Shown here one piece after another: positions 63,772 through 64,000 of a stretch of DNA of 64,000 bases. Position numbers and translations under genes: made by a program. The notes beneath the pieces were generated by a model. It was given only the letters and a program-made list of their open reading frames with translations. It was not told the origin of the DNA and ran no database searches. This stretch comes from Thalia democratica (lineage: Eukaryota). The DNA is taken from NCBI GenBank assembly GCA_965202585.1, contig OZ241826.1, positions 91,388,001 through 91,452,000 on the forward strand, read 5' to 3'. Positions within the stretch are counted from its first letter, which is position 1, and each line of letters starts with the position of its first letter.

Positions 63772-64000
63772 TTAGTTTAGTTGAAATTTTAAGAGTTTAT
63801 GAAGTAAAAGAACTATACGAGTTGCATGAAAGCTAAAAAAAAAACTTTTCAATCGAATTTAGAAACGTTCACTTTCTTTTCGTTTTGGTGTCGAACTGAA
63901 TTTTCAGCATCTTCATGATCAGGTTCCTGTTGCTCATCTTCTTCAGGTTCTTGCTCAGCTTCTTGTAAAACGTCAGCTCGCCGTTCCGAGACTCGTAGTA
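63772..64000 (-). CDS. Copy 54, partial (3' end only), higher-order duplicate of copy 47
   Basis: Truncated by window edge; 40-nt intron variant. Confidence 0.6.

Larger units (their letters stand above)
1..64000. repeat. Tandem gene array, ~1.2-kb unit, 53 complete copies + 1 partial; runs off both window edges
   Basis: Same ORF set recurs at spacings of 1183-1211 bp across the whole window with no interruption. Confidence 0.98.
45101..64000. repeat. Family B/C/D block (5' half of gene 38, units 39-54); unit length 1183-1188 bp
   Basis: Units lack the 104-bp segment (ccgctg|catctg or ccgctg|caactt junction) and have a spacer about 90 bp longer. Confidence 0.93.
49656..64000. repeat. Higher-order repeat, period 8307 bp (7 units): 49656-55693 recurs at 57963-64000
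   Basis: ORFs 52007/53191/54374/55562 recur at 60314/61498/62681/63869 with the same diagnostic variants. Confidence 0.92.

Noticed and set aside
1-64000. CRISPR array, rDNA or histone cluster, or tandem transposon
   Set aside because: No short repeat-spacer structure, no rRNA or histone similarity, no terminal inverted repeats, transposase, RT or Rep/helicase motifs

Overview
The whole 64 kb is one head-to-tail tandem array of about 1.2-kb units (53 complete gene copies plus a partial 54th); I see no unique sequence, RNA gene or mobile element. Each unit carries one minus-strand gene with GC-rich third codon positions in an AT-rich spacer. The DNA looks eukaryotic: a 40-42 nt GT-AG intron with a TTTTCAG acceptor, an AATAAA about 30 nt after the stop and a TATA-like element. 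This suggests a compact-intron animal such as a nematode (inference). The supplied ORF track misses the intron and uses TTG/GTG starts, so I rebuilt the gene models by hand. I do not recognise the product: a Met-rich 153-193 aa protein with one strong transmembrane segment, a Lys-rich amphipathic helix and a hydrophobic C-terminal tail. The array is stratified into family A (units 1-37, 1194-1211 bp, sub-blocks A1/A2/A3), a chimeric unit 38, and families B/C/D (units 39-54, 1183-1188 bp, with an 8307-bp higher-order duplication). Different copies hard-wire different isoforms. A 104-bp deletion fuses an upstream ORF to the main frame in B/C/D, giving a new N-terminus. A single SNP in 11 A copies removes both the splice donor and an intronic stop, giving a longer C-terminus. 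Five copies carry a frameshift or nonsense change. All comparisons were done by eye; no database search or expression data was available.
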